A stretch of DNA of 64,000 nt from the human T2T-CHM13v2.0 reference genome, Homo sapiens: NCBI RefSeq assembly GCF_009914755.1, contig NC_060941.1; one strand, 5' to 3'. Positions 41,291 to 58,324 of this stretch are shown here, piece by piece (the first letter of the stretch is position 1; each line of letters begins with the position of its first letter). Made by a program: the position numbers and the translations under genes. The notes under the pieces were generated by a model. The model was not told where the DNA came from. It saw nothing but the letters and a program-made list of their open reading frames with translations, and did no database searches.

Positions 41291-42629
41291 TGACTCAGGG
41301 CCGCCCCGCTTACCCCGCCGCCGCCACCTGCGGTCACGTGCCGCCCGGGGCGGGGCCGGAAGCTGATTCACCCCTCGACAGACAGACAGACCTGGGGCGG
41401 ACGCACTGCCCACGGTCCCCTGGTGCCCGAATTCCGAAAATATCAGAGGCCTAAGCCCAAGAGCTCCTGGAACACCCATCCCAGAGAGGGACAGTGTTCT
41501 CCCTGAGGTCACACAGCGGGTCAACAGCCTTGGCACCCCCCTGTGCCCCCAGGGTCTGTTGGTGATCCTGGATCAACCCTGGCTGTGCCCAGTTTCGCCG
41601 GCGTGGCGGGAAGTCCGTGCGGCTGTATAGATACCCAGCTGTCCAGTTGTGGAAACAGGTCTAGGGTACTGGGCTGGGAGCCCCCAGGCAGGGATAGGGC
41701 ACTGACTGACCCAAACTCAGGGCTTTCCTGAGCAGATACCCAGTTCTCAGTCCTAAGCCCTGATCCCCTCTGGGAGGGGTCCCCGGACTGCTTCTGCGTG
41801 GCGGGCAGCACCCGACCTGAACCCTAGGGCAGGGAGGGGCCAAGAGGGCCGCTGTGGGCTGGGGTCAGGCCCAGCTCTCTGCTGAGCGTCCCCTGGGGTT
41901 GGGACCCTGGTTATGGGGAGCGTGGAGACCACATCTGAAGGCAGGCTTTGAGGGTGGGACAGCAAAGCCCATTAAATCTGGCCCAACAAACAGCCCCCAC
42001 CCCATCGCGTGCCGCAGCCAGTCTGCCCGGCACCAGGCCCAGCCCTTCCTCCCATCCCCCATACTTGCTCTGGATCTGGATGGGGCTGGTTTGGGTCCCG
42101 TAAGGATGCTGCTTCCGTAGGCTGGTGACATCTCTAGGCCTTGTGCCCTCAAACCCCCCCCCTCCAAGGCCTTCTCCACCATTCATGGCCCATCAGGACT
42201 CCTTGCCTCTGAGTCCACTGCCCTGGGCAATGACTAGCCTCCTAGGCCCAGCATCCTTGTGGTCCCCATCACTGACCCCTCAAGCATGAAGTCCTACACT
42301 CTGCCATATAGCCCCCCAAGGGCTTTATGCTACTGAACATAGTGGCCCCTGGGGAACAGGCACACATATTTGCATCCTCCTCCTGCCCCAGGGCCAGAGA
42401 GGGGAGGTGATCCCAGCGGGGGAGCCCTGCCTTGAGGGTCCTGAAGACCCATTTATAGCCCCTCTGCTACTGTGGATCCCCTGTAAGACCTTCTCTGAGC
42501 CGCCTCAGCTTCTCCCTGTGTTCTTACCAATGCACAGAGGCTGGAGAGTTCAGGAAGGGAGTCCAAGGCCTCACTCCCACCTCCACCACCCCAACACTTC
42601 TGCAGTTGATGAGCAGGAAGGTTGTATGC

Positions 42630-46023
<3,394 letters not shown>

Positions 46024-48283
46024 GACTGAGAACTGGATTTGTACTCAGGTCTGGGAGCCTTTCTCCTGCTCCCTCCTGCAATGGCAGTGTCTGGACTGGC
46101 TCCCGAGAATGTGCCGGGCCTGGTTAGGGAGTAGAGAGCACCTTGATTACTCCTCAAGGGACTGTGTCCAGTGACCTCCTTGGGAGGGAATCATTCACTC
46201 AGTCAACAGACACTGGCAGAAGCTACCATATGGTTGCTTGTGCTAAGCACTGTTGAGACCCAGACTTTTCCCTGAGGCCCCATAGTCATAGTCTGGGTGG
46301 GAGACAGGACAGTCAGAGGTCATAGAGTTATTGGTGCTGTGGAGGATATAGCCCCAAAGCCTGAAGGGCTCAGATGTCCATAATGAATTGAGAGGAATGA
46401 GTATAAGTTCCCTGGGATAAATCCAGGGAAGGGCAGAAGGTGGGAAGGGTGTTCCAGGGAGAAGGAACAGCAAACACAGAGACCTAGAGGTGTCCAGGAG
46501 AGCCTGGGGTGCCAGAAGTCTGGGTGAAATTAGTCAAGGAGAGGGTGGCCGAGCGAGGTGGCCATAGCAAGGGGTGTGGGAGGGCCTTAATTGGAGCCTG
46601 TGATACCCCGGCAGCGGCTGGAGAGGCACGGAGCGGGTTTGAGCAGGGAAGAGCGTGGGCGGATTGGTGGGTTTCGAAGTTCCCTTTGCTTGCTTGCAGG
46701 GGGAGTGGATTAGGAGGCACAGCAAGGAGGTAGTGCAGTTCGCCTAATAATCAAACAGGACTGGGCATTGGCCATGGGGAGGGAAGACAAGGGGACGAGG
46801 AGGGGCAACCCCTGGCTTCTGGTGTGGGCCTTGGCTGGACGGGGAGCTGATGCAAAAGTGGGGCCCAGTGGGGAGCTCCTAGGCCTGCAGAAGCCAGTAC
46901 CCTGGCAAACCCATAGACCCCTGCCAGCTCCCCAGTTCTCACTGCCCCCAGCTCTGCCTCCCCGGGGCTGCTTACTCTGGAGTCCTGGGGGACTGTGTTT
47001 CAATGGTGACACCACTGCCACGGTTCTCATAAAGAAGTTCTTTCTTGCTGCTCAGCACAAACACTTGGTCAAACCAGTGGGACTCGGGGCGGTTTCCCAT
47101 GCCGAGAGCCTGGAATGGGCTGAAGAAACTCACAAAGAATCTCCTGACTCGGGCTTTCTGAAACATTATATGGCTGCAACGCCTCACCTGTCCCTCCCAG
47201 GAGGGCTGGGTCCTCCGAGTGCCAGTCAGCCTGCCTAGGTTCAGAGCCCATCAGCAGTGGCTCATCACCTGTCCTCTGAATCCTGGACCCCAGTGTCCTC
47301 AGAGTTCTGCCATGGGGCCCCCGGCTCTGTCTTGGATCCGACTGTGTCCCCCAGGCAAGTTATGTCCTTTCTGGTCCTGAAAAACTAATGGGGGTAGAGG
47401 TGGTAGGGTAGGGCAGCTGGATCAAACAGTGCCTGAACTCCTCATGGCTCTTTCTGGGATCCCTTCTCCCACTCCTCCTCTCCTCCTGTGCCTTTCCTCC
47501 CTCCTCCCCACCATGCAGTCACTTATTCATTCATTCAATCAGTGTTCCCAGAAAGTCTCTTCTGGGCCCGGCCCTGGACCAGGCGATACCTGGGACTTGG
47601 AGATGATTCAAACCCAGTGTCTGCCCTTGGGGAGCCTCCATCCTGGTGGGGAAGGTAGACTATGTAAACAAACAACTGTGATTCAATCTTTGGCCTTAGG
47701 AGCCCTTGGGAGGAAGCTGCTACTGCCTTGGGGGTTGGGAGAGTCAGGGAAGGCCTCAGAGGACAAGCCCTTTGCAATGGGCCTTGAAGCAGGAGGTAAA
47801 CAAGGGTGTGGGTGGGTGTTAGACGGACAGTGGTGCCCTGGGAGGAGGGACTACGTCTGCAAAGGCATGGAGGCGTCCAAGTACTGGGTGTGTGTGAGAA
47901 AATACAAGCAGGTCAGGGTGGCTCGTGCACGGTGCTGGGATGGGAGGTTCTGGGACCAACTGTCAAGGGCCTTGAATGCCATAGAAAGGATACTTTTTTC
48001 CCCCAGGATGCCATGGGCTGAGAGGTGGGGGTAGGGAGGAGGGTCCTGAGAAATAAGTAATAGGCTGAGAGCTGTGACTCCAAAGTGTGGAGAGGATGGA
48101 CAGGAGGCTGGGGAGGAGCATGGGATTGGGCAGGGTGGGCCCCAGACGGGAGGGGGAAGAAGCTATGAGCCTGGGGGGCTAATGGGAGGAGCCAGGGAGG
48201 TGCCTGGGGGATGACAGGAACCTGGCGTCCGGGAAGCCTGGAGCTCAAACAGGCTGGGCTGGAGACTGGGACATGTTCAAGGG

Positions 48284-48341
48284 TGCCAGGGTAGGGGACA
48301 CTGCCAGGGTAGGGGGGACTGCCAGGGTAGGGGACACTGCC
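48284..48341 (+). repeat. 3 x 18-bp tandem repeat
   Basis: TGCCAGGGTAGGGGACAC-like units, directly visible. Confidence 0.85.
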
Positions 48342-49799
48342 CCAGGCCAGCTGGCCTGGGGGAAGGGGTGTGAGACCCGCCCTTCCCCATGGGCTGGGCA
48401 TCTAAGAAGGGACGTATCAGAAGGGGGCTTTGGAGGGGGCAGTCTACAGAGGGAGCACCAAGTCACAGAAGTGTCAATGCCAGCCGCCCCTGCTGCTGCT
48501 GTGTTGCAACTCTGCCTGCCCCTAACCAGCCACTGCAGTGCTGTCAGTCAGCTTGTTTCTGAACTCCCCCGTAATCATCATCTTCTGGTTAGCTCTGCAC
48601 TCTGGGCCCTCCTGAAAACCCCAGAAGCAGGGGCCAAAGCTTTCTAGAAAGTCTTTTATGGGAGGAAAAAGAGAATGTGGGTCAACTCTCTTCATCCCTA
48701 CGTATCACTAGGCCAAAGTCAGCCCCACGACTGCTAACACCAGCAAATCTCACTGAGCAGAGCAGTGAGGAGAGCCCCACACCTCAGGGCTATGGAGGTA
48801 GGCCGGGGTTCTGCCCCCACACAGGGCAGGAGGCCGAGGGATGCCTGGATTTAGGGTTCAGTCGGGATCTGGCCTGAGCCTGGGAAATTCGTGAGTCCTT
48901 TCATTCAACAGATGAGCCGTGTGTACCACCCCAGCCATGGGGGAGATAGCACGAGGCAAACCCCGTCCTCTCAGGACTCACCTGCCACAGGGAAGTGGCA
49001 AGAACCAAATAAACATGTCCAAGTCCTCCCAGGGATGACAAGGGATGAGGGAAAGCGATGTGGGGCAAGGGGACAGACGGAGAATGGGGTGGGAAGGACA
49101 GACCGGAATTCGGGAAGGAGGCAGTCCTCAGGCGAGGCCTGGGGCAGGCCTCAGGTGGGAGCGAGGAGGGACTTGTGGGGAGGGGCCAAGGGTCTGGATC
49201 ACCCAGGGTCTTGTAGACTGTTGAGAGGCTGAGTGGCTGGAGAGTCCTGGGCATCAGCTCAGCTCTCTGCAGCAGGAAATAGCCTGGCGTAAAGCTTGGA
49301 CCCCAGGGTTGGAGACAGGGGTGTGGATGGGCTCTGACCCCACGTCCTAAGCCAGGAAGTTGGAGCAGGCAGGCCTCGCCAGCCACTGAGCTTTCACCAC
49401 AGCCCTGCTGCATGAGCTGCAGCTGTGTGACAGCACACTCAAGCCGGCTGCCCATGGACAGACGCGACTTGTTGACTTGTCGCTGAGTGAACACAAAGCC
49501 CAGGGAACAGGTTGAGGGCCTGGGGCAGGGCCCATCCTGCAGGCCTCTCTCTTCTCTAGCCTCCATTTCCCCCTTTGGGGAGAATGGCTGGGGACGAGGG
49601 GGGCAAGGGAGGCTCAGGCCCCAGGTAGACTCTAATGGCGGACCTCACACAGCAGAGCCAACGGCAGGTGAGCCCCCTGGCCAAGAAGTAGGATCAGGAA
49701 GAAGAGTTATGATGGAGAACAGCAGGGAAAAGGATTTTCAGAGGCCATGCCCTCCCTGTGGCTCAGATTGTGAAACTGAGGCCCAAGGCCAAATGGTAA

Positions 49800-50186
<387 letters not shown>

Positions 50187-50244
50187 TAGAAAACACTCGA
50201 ACACCCACTGCGTGCCACCACCATCCCCAGGGCTTCCCAGGTGA

Positions 50245-50614
<370 letters not shown>

Positions 50615-52655
50615 TAAAGACAGGGAAACTGAGACCAAGAGAGGTTAAGTGACCTGGCCCAGGTTACATGGCAAGTAAGCTGCAAAGCTGGGCTTCTGAC
50701 CGGATGCATCTGCCTGCACACCCTGATCTCCTATCTCATGCTGTACCATCTCTTGAGAAAGGCCACCCACTCTCTCCTCTTGCATGCCTACTAGCTGCCA
50801 GGCCCTTTACTAACAGTTTCTCATTAAATGCTATGAGATAGGGTTATTGGCTCCATTTTACAGATGGGGAAACTGAGGCACAGAGAGGGGAAAGTGACTT
50901 GTCTGAAGTTGTATAGTGACTGAGACACAAACCCAAGACACAAACTGCTTACTCTGCTGGGATCAGGAGCTCAGGACCCCCCATTACATCTGCAGGCATG
51001 AGTGCCTATCCTCTGCAAGCCCCCCGCCCACCGCCCTGAGACACTGCAAGCCAATGGGTAGAACTAGTGGGCAGGTTTTGGCTTTTTCCATGTTTCTCAT
51101 GGTAGCAGCATCCCTGCCATTTTAATGTGGGGTGATGAGTTCCCCATCACAGGAGGTAGACAAGTTCTCCATCACAGGAGGTATGCAAGGAGGAGGAAGC
51201 AACATAGCAAGGGGTTTGGGAGGTTCAACCCTAAGCAAAAAGCAGAAACAGTTTCCTGAGCCCTTTGCAGCCCGAGCTTTCCCTCTACAGATTCTCAGGT
51301 GCTGGAGATTTCCCTGGTCCCCCTCTTTCTAATCCCCTCTTCCTGGAAGCTTTCGATCCCTCAGGTGAGCCCCACCCTGCTCTCTCCTCCTCTCCTTCCC
51401 TCCCTCCCTCCCTCCTGCAGAGCTTAGGCCTAAGGGAACTGAGTACACAGACCTAGGATCAGATCTTGGCTGTGCCACTCACTGGCCAAGAAATTTGGGG
51501 CATGTCACTTCCCTGCTTGGAGCCTGGGTGTCCTCATTTGTAAATTGGAGATAATGGCATCTACCCACCCCTCAGCGTTGTTGCTGGGATTAAACATAAT
51601 GACACAGGGAAAATGCTGGGTGCAGGCTTGGCCATGCTGTAGTTCCCACCTTGGGCCTTCGCTTTTCTCTTCTGTTCTGGGCAAGGGGACTCGCTAAGCC
51701 CTCCAGGGCTGACACCGAGCCATTGTTGGGCCACAGTCCCTCTCTAGGTCTTGAGTTCCCTCTCTAAGAAATGGATGGAATAAGCTCCAAGTTCATCCGT
51801 CTCCATGAGCAAGACAAGGGAGTGGGTGGAGAAATGTTTTGGGGAAAACTGTGATTTGACTCACTTTCCTTTGGGCTCCATCCCAGCCAGCTTCTGACAA
51901 GTGAACAGAGAGCCCAGAGACACCTGGAAGTCACACAGCCAATCAGACACAGAACCGAGGCCAGACAACCCAGCCAGGCAATAAATGGCTGTGCCTTCTG
52001 GGCAGGGGGGCCTATGTCAGGCTTATCCTAGGACAGACGGGCAAGAGTTTGTAGAGGTAAAGGAGGTGCTTAAAGTTGCAGGAGTTCTTGTAGACAGACT
52101 TGAACTCATCCCCAGAGAGGGGAGGCGACCAGCCTGAAGCCACACAGCACAGAGTGGGCAGTTGAGCATCCTTCCACCTTCCTTAGGGCTCCTCACCCTC
52201 AGGCCCTCTTGAGCCCACAACTCCCAGAAGGCCTTTCACAGCAATGCTACCCGCACCTCCTAGGGGAGCCCTCACTCCCACTCTGGAAAACCACAGAGCC
52301 AAGGAGAGAGGGGATCCACTATGCCTGCTGGGTCCTGCCATGCACAGGAAGTGGCGGAAAATTCCAGAGACTGGGGCACTGCATGCTGGGGTGAGGTGTG
52401 CATCTTGCCCAGGGTGTGGCCTTCAAGCAGAGGCCCCGCCCAAGCCTTCCTCACCAACCCCACCGCACCCCAAAGTTCTGCCGCTGGCCTGCTGTGAATC
52501 CCTGGGCAATCTCTTCACTTCTCTGAGCTTCCATTTCCTCATCTGTCAAGCGGGTTAATCATGCTTTCCTCGGACGAAGGCATGGGTGTGAAAGTGCTTT
52601 GTCAACGCCAGGCTCTGCAGAAAGGACAGGCCTGATCGCAGCCTCAGCATTATGA

Positions 52656-53183
<528 letters not shown>

Positions 53184-53777
53184 TAGAGAAAGGTGGATGC
53201 CAGGAAGGAGGGAAGAGAAGGGCCAGTGTACCCCATCCATACCACCTCTCACATTGCTCTCCTGTCCACCTCTGTGTGATCACAGCCCTCATCTGGGATG
53301 CATCTCCACCCTTGAGCTGGATTCCTTCTGCAGGGGCCAGCCCTCCCTCCCCAACCATGCCACAGATCTCTCTATCTCCCCGAAAACCTGGGCCCCCATT
53401 CCTCCTGATGGTTCCCAGCTGCGCCACAGAGGGCCCCCGGGCCAGCACTCAGGACTGGCCACACTTGGGCTGCCACGTCCCTCAGCCTCCATGGCCCTGG
53501 CCCTACTGAGCTCCAGCTTGTTTCCTCCCAGCCCAGCTTGTCCCCTCCTTTTTCACCTCGATGACTCATGCTGATCTTTCTGGACTCTGCCTGTGTCCCC
53601 TCCTCCGTGCAGTCCTCCCTGAGACCCTCAACCAAGGAATGAGCCTCTCTCCCCTTCATACCCCAGGGACGCTTGCCAGATTCTTCCCACAGCACATGTG
53701 GCCATTACAGGCCAAGAGACCTCCCCGACACCCTTCTCCAAATATCTGGGCGCTTCATGAGGACCGGGGCTGTGTCT

Positions 53778-54278
<501 letters not shown>

Positions 54279-56829
54279 TGCACGTGTCTATTTGCGCCCT
54301 CCCTGGCCCTCCAGTCCCACCCTCTTGTTGTCCTCTGAGCAGTGTGGCTCACACTCTGCTGCTCGGGGGTCCAGCCTTCTGGCACAACAGAGCACCCCCT
54401 GGCCAGGAGCCCAGGGCACCCATCCTGGGGGTGGGGTCTCCTCCAGAGCTCCAGGCAGCTGTCCCAGGGATGCAAAATAGTCAGGCTTCTGTTGGAAGGG
54501 CCCTGTTGGGACACGCCAGAGGCGGGTGCGAGTGAGCTCATCCACGGGCTCACAGGATTCTCCAAAACAAGGAGCCTCCCACCTCTCACTGGGCAGGACA
54601 CTTCCATGTCCCTGTGTCCTGGGCACTTGGCCCCTTGACCACTTCTCCCCCTCTGGCTCCCCTGCCTCTCCTCAGAAGCTGTGTGGCCTGGGGAAGACCC
54701 TGCCCCTCTCTGACCATGTGTCTCCTCTGAGGCCAGACCTTGCTCTAAGCCCCTCCATGCTCCAGCATCCTGGGCCCTGGGAACTGGATGCCCTCCTGCC
54801 ACCCAGTGTGTGACACTGGTAGCCCCTGTACCTGCCCAGTGGCCCTCATGTCCCCTGCCCACTACTTCCTGGCCTCCTCACCCAGACTCCCACCTGCAAC
54901 CAAAAGTCTTGACCTGGCCTCCTGCTGCGCCAGCTCACCCAGCTGCCCGTGCCCTTGACCCTCCTTCCCACCTCTTCTGCCAAGTCAACCCCCGCCCCTA
55001 GCCCTGCAAGCCTGGCAGTCGGCCTCCCTGAGGAGCAAGGCACAAGGCTGCGTGGTGCAGGGCAGGTTGCTCACCCTCTCTGGGCCCCAGTTCTCTCAGC
55101 TGCCAGCTGGATAGAGCAGAAAGGGCCCCGTGCCAGGTGTCAGGCTGGCCAGCTCAACTTCCCGTCCCTCTTACAGCACTGGGATACCCTCAACACCCCC
55201 AGCCCCTCAAAGCCGTCTCAGCTTCCTCCTGCCCGAAACACCACCATTGGAGCGGTATCTCCTAGGCCTCGTGGTCATGGATCTCTGGTAGGGTGAATGG
55301 CCTGACAACAGTCTCTGTCAGGGAGAGGCGAGGCTTACAGAGAGAAGACCAACAGCCCAGAGGCCTGGAGAGGAGGCCATCGCAGGGCCGGGTGCAGTAC
55401 CATGCCGGTGACCCTGATGGCTCTGTCCAGCTGAGCAGAGGCTGGAGGAGCCGTCACAGGCTGGGGGAGAGCGATGACCCGCCCCCACTCCCGTATGCCT
55501 GCCCCAAGCCCCCACACCTCAGTCCACTGTTCCGCCACTGCCCCCCTGCCCCACTCTCCCCTGTCTGTGTTCCCGGCTGTTCAGTCCGTAAATGGGGCCC
55601 ACAGCCTCCTGGAAACCCTGTGCAGGACTCGGAGAGATCTCAGACACCCCTCCTTGAGATGTTCCACAGTAACTGTGGCTGCAGCCCAGGGAGATGCTGG
55701 AGGGCACTATCCACCCTGATGGTGGCATGGGAGGGAGTGGCATTCCAGGCAGAAGGAGCAGCCTCTGGGTTTGGGGGTCCTCTGGCAGCCAGGTAAGAAG
55801 GCTGGGTAAGAAAGCGAGGGCCTGGCTGGAGTGGCCCCAGCCCTGGCACAGAGATGCAGAGTCTGGTGTTGGGCGGGAGAGCTGTGTGCAGAGGGCGGGG
55901 TGGGCAGGCGTTAATGGAGGCCCGCCTGGGCCTTTGATGAGGGCAGCGCCCGCCTGCCTGCCTGGCTAGGGGTTAATTAGCCTTAATCAAGGTGGCACCT
56001 CCTTCCTCCACCCTCTCCCTCAGGCCTAGAAGGGAAGAAAGGGAGGGAGGAAGGCGGACAGGCGCTGAGAGGACCCACCCTAGCTGAACACATAGCCTCT
56101 GTCACCCCTGCCACCACAGCCAGGGTTCCAGCGGGTCACCCACCACCCACCTTGGGGGTGAGGAATGCCAACTGACCCAGGACACAGGGGTGAGGTGCTC
56201 AGCCAGGGAGGAGCGGATGGATGCCATGCCCCAGCTTCATCCCCTTAGCTGGGTCCCATGCCCCTCAAGGCTCGGGGAGGGGGTGCCTCCTCCTGAAAGC
56301 CCTCCTAGATTGATGTTTCCTCTGAGCTGCTCCAGCCCAGTCCGAGTGTAGGTAAGAGGCTCATCTGTTTTCTTTGCTGGACTCTGAGTGCTGGGCAGGC
56401 ACCAGGTCCCACTCATCGCCGAGTTGGGGATCCTAGGGTAGTGTCCTACGCAGGTGAGCACCTCACCAGTGGTTTGTTGGATGAACAAGTGTAGCATGTG
56501 CCTGTTGTAGAGGGGCTCTTGGCCTAAGGGAGAGGCAGGCAGGAGCTGACACGCAGGGGACAGGAGGGGACGGGCTCATGCTGGCCCAGCAGGGCTCCGG
56601 CTTCACAGCTGGGGAGTATGGGCTCTAACCCCAACCCACACCTCTGGCTCCAAACTTTGCATCCTTAGTAAGCAGGTTGCCCTGTGAAGGATGTGCAGCA
56701 CAGGGCTGTCGGGGTGGGGATGTGCCAGCCAGAGGTCCCAGCTCCCACAAATGCCGGCCAGTGTGAAAAATCCTAGTGTCTTCAAATAACCACCAGGAAG
56801 TCAGTCTGGCCCAGATCGGGGGGCAGTGG

Positions 56830-57230
56830 TCATTCATGCACTCACCAAATGCTTAGTAAGCACCTACTATATGCTGGGAGACACAGCAATGAACTAAAGA
56901 GATGAGGCTCCTGCTCTCCTGGTGCTTCCATTGGGAGGGGAAGACAGGCAGTAAACAAGTAGACACCCAGGTAAATGTGCATGTAGTGACTGGGACAGGT
57001 GCTTTGAAGGAGAGACAAGAGGGAGCTCCATGGCGGAGCTCCAAGGGCTGGCTCCGCAGAGACCCCAGGGCAGGGAAGGAGCAGACAGCACTTAGAGTCA
57101 GGAGCTGCACCTGCAGGATCCAGGGAGCCACCAAAGGGTTTGGAGCAGGGCAGGACTGGCCAGGTCACTGGTGGTGTGGACCAGAGTCCAGGGAGGAGGC
57201 TGGAGCTGGGGTAGCAGGGGAAAGATTAGA
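56830..57230 (-). mobile_element. L2 3' fragment
   Basis: cattcatgcactcaccaaatgcttagtaagcacctactatatgctgg, typical L2 terminal motif; similar degraded L2s at about 975-1375, 46190-46700 and 47520-48010. Confidence 0.55.
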
Positions 57231-57315
57231 GAGCAAGTCTTAGTGACCAGGGGAGGTGGGAGAGAGCTGAAGAGCCTCCCACGACGACCGCTGCCTGCCT
57301 TCCACTCGCCTGCAG

Positions 57316-57484
57316 GCTGGTCATAGTGGCACTCATCGGCGTGAGTGTGGCCTGGATCCCCGTCCTGCAGGACTCCAACAGCGGGCAACTCTTCATCTAC
57401 ATGCAGTCAGTGACCAGCTCCCTGGCCCCACCAGTGACTGCAGTCTTTGTCCTGGGCGTCTTCTGGCGACGTGCCAACGAGCAG
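57316..57484 (+). CDS. SLC5A10: SLC5A10 coding exon 12
   Basis: tgcag|G acceptor, CAG|gtgggc donor; 169 nt; [56 protein letters not shown]. Confidence 0.95.
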
Positions 57485-57605
57485 GTGGGCGTCGGCGGTC
57501 TGCTCTCCCTGGGGACGTGCCACAATTTGCTCTTCCCTGCTGCCTGTGGGGGGAGCCTTGGTCCTCCTCCCGTAGCCCCACATGCCCTGCCTCCCTCCTC
57601 CCCAG

Positions 57606-57821
57606 GGGGCCTTCTGGGGCCTGATAGCAGGGCTGGTGGTGGGGGCCACGAGGCTGGTCCTGGAATTCCTGAACCCAGCCCCACCGTGCGGAGAGCCAGA
57701 CACGCGGCCAGCCGTCCTGGGGAGCATCCACTACCTGCACTTCGCTGTCGCCCTCTTTGCACTCAGTGGTGCTGTTGTGGTGGCTGGAAGCCTGCTGACC
57801 CCACCCCCACAGAGTGTCCAG
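57606..57821 (+). CDS. SLC5A10: SLC5A10 coding exon 13
   Basis: cccag|GGG acceptor, CAG|gtgagc donor; 216 nt; [10 protein letters not shown]...[10 protein letters not shown]...[11 protein letters not shown]. Confidence 0.95.
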
Positions 57822-58047
57822 GTGAGCCAGCCCTGACCCCTGACCCTGACCCCTAACAATTTCTTACTCTGGTCCCATTCTCATCCCCGACCCACTCTGA
57901 CTCAGAATTTTCTAGCCCTGGACTACCTAGCCCCGTCCCTTTTTGAACTCAGCTGCCATCTTGCCATCCCCAACCTTTGATCCTGTCTGGGTCACCCCCA
58001 CCCTGCCATCCCCCACCCCCAACCCTATCCTCACTCATTTCTTACAG

Positions 58048-58105
58048 ATTGAGAACCTTACCTGGTGGACCCTGGCTCAGGATGTGCCCTTGGGAACTAA
58101 AGCAG
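58048..58105 (+). CDS. SLC5A10: SLC5A10 coding exon 14
   Basis: ttacag|ATT acceptor, GCAG|gtaagt donor; 58 nt; IENLTWWTLAQDVPLGTKA. Confidence 0.92.
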
Positions 58106-58217
58106 GTAAGTGGATGACCCTAGGCACTCCTCCACCTTGACCCTGGCCTGGAGGCAAGGGCACCAGGTGTAACCTTGTGTCCTTCATCTGTCCCTCTCCT
58201 TCTGCAACCCCCTCCAG

Positions 58218-58324
58218 GTGATGGCCAAACACCCCAGAAACACGCCTTCTGGGCCCGTGTCTGTGGCTTCAATGCCATCCTCCTCATGTGTGTCAACATA
58301 TTCTTTTATGCCTACTTCGCCTGA
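58218..58324 (+). CDS. SLC5A10: SLC5A10 last coding exon (15), ending in TGA
   Basis: ctccag|GT acceptor; [35 protein letters not shown], matching the SGLT C-terminal helix ending YFA. The ten exons sum to 1338 nt (445 aa + stop). Confidence 0.93.

Larger units (their letters stand above)
40000..41430. promoter_or_regulatory. CpG island / FAM83G promoter
   Basis: Dense CpG; TGACTCA (AP-1) 41291-41297, GTCACGTG E-box 41333-41340, GGGGCGGGG GC box about 41347-41355, CCGGAAG ETS 41356-41362. Confidence 0.85.

Noticed and set aside
57831-57857. (CCCTGA/CCCTAA)-like telomere variant repeats
   Set aside because: Only about 4 imperfect units; too short to call an interstitial telomeric sequence.
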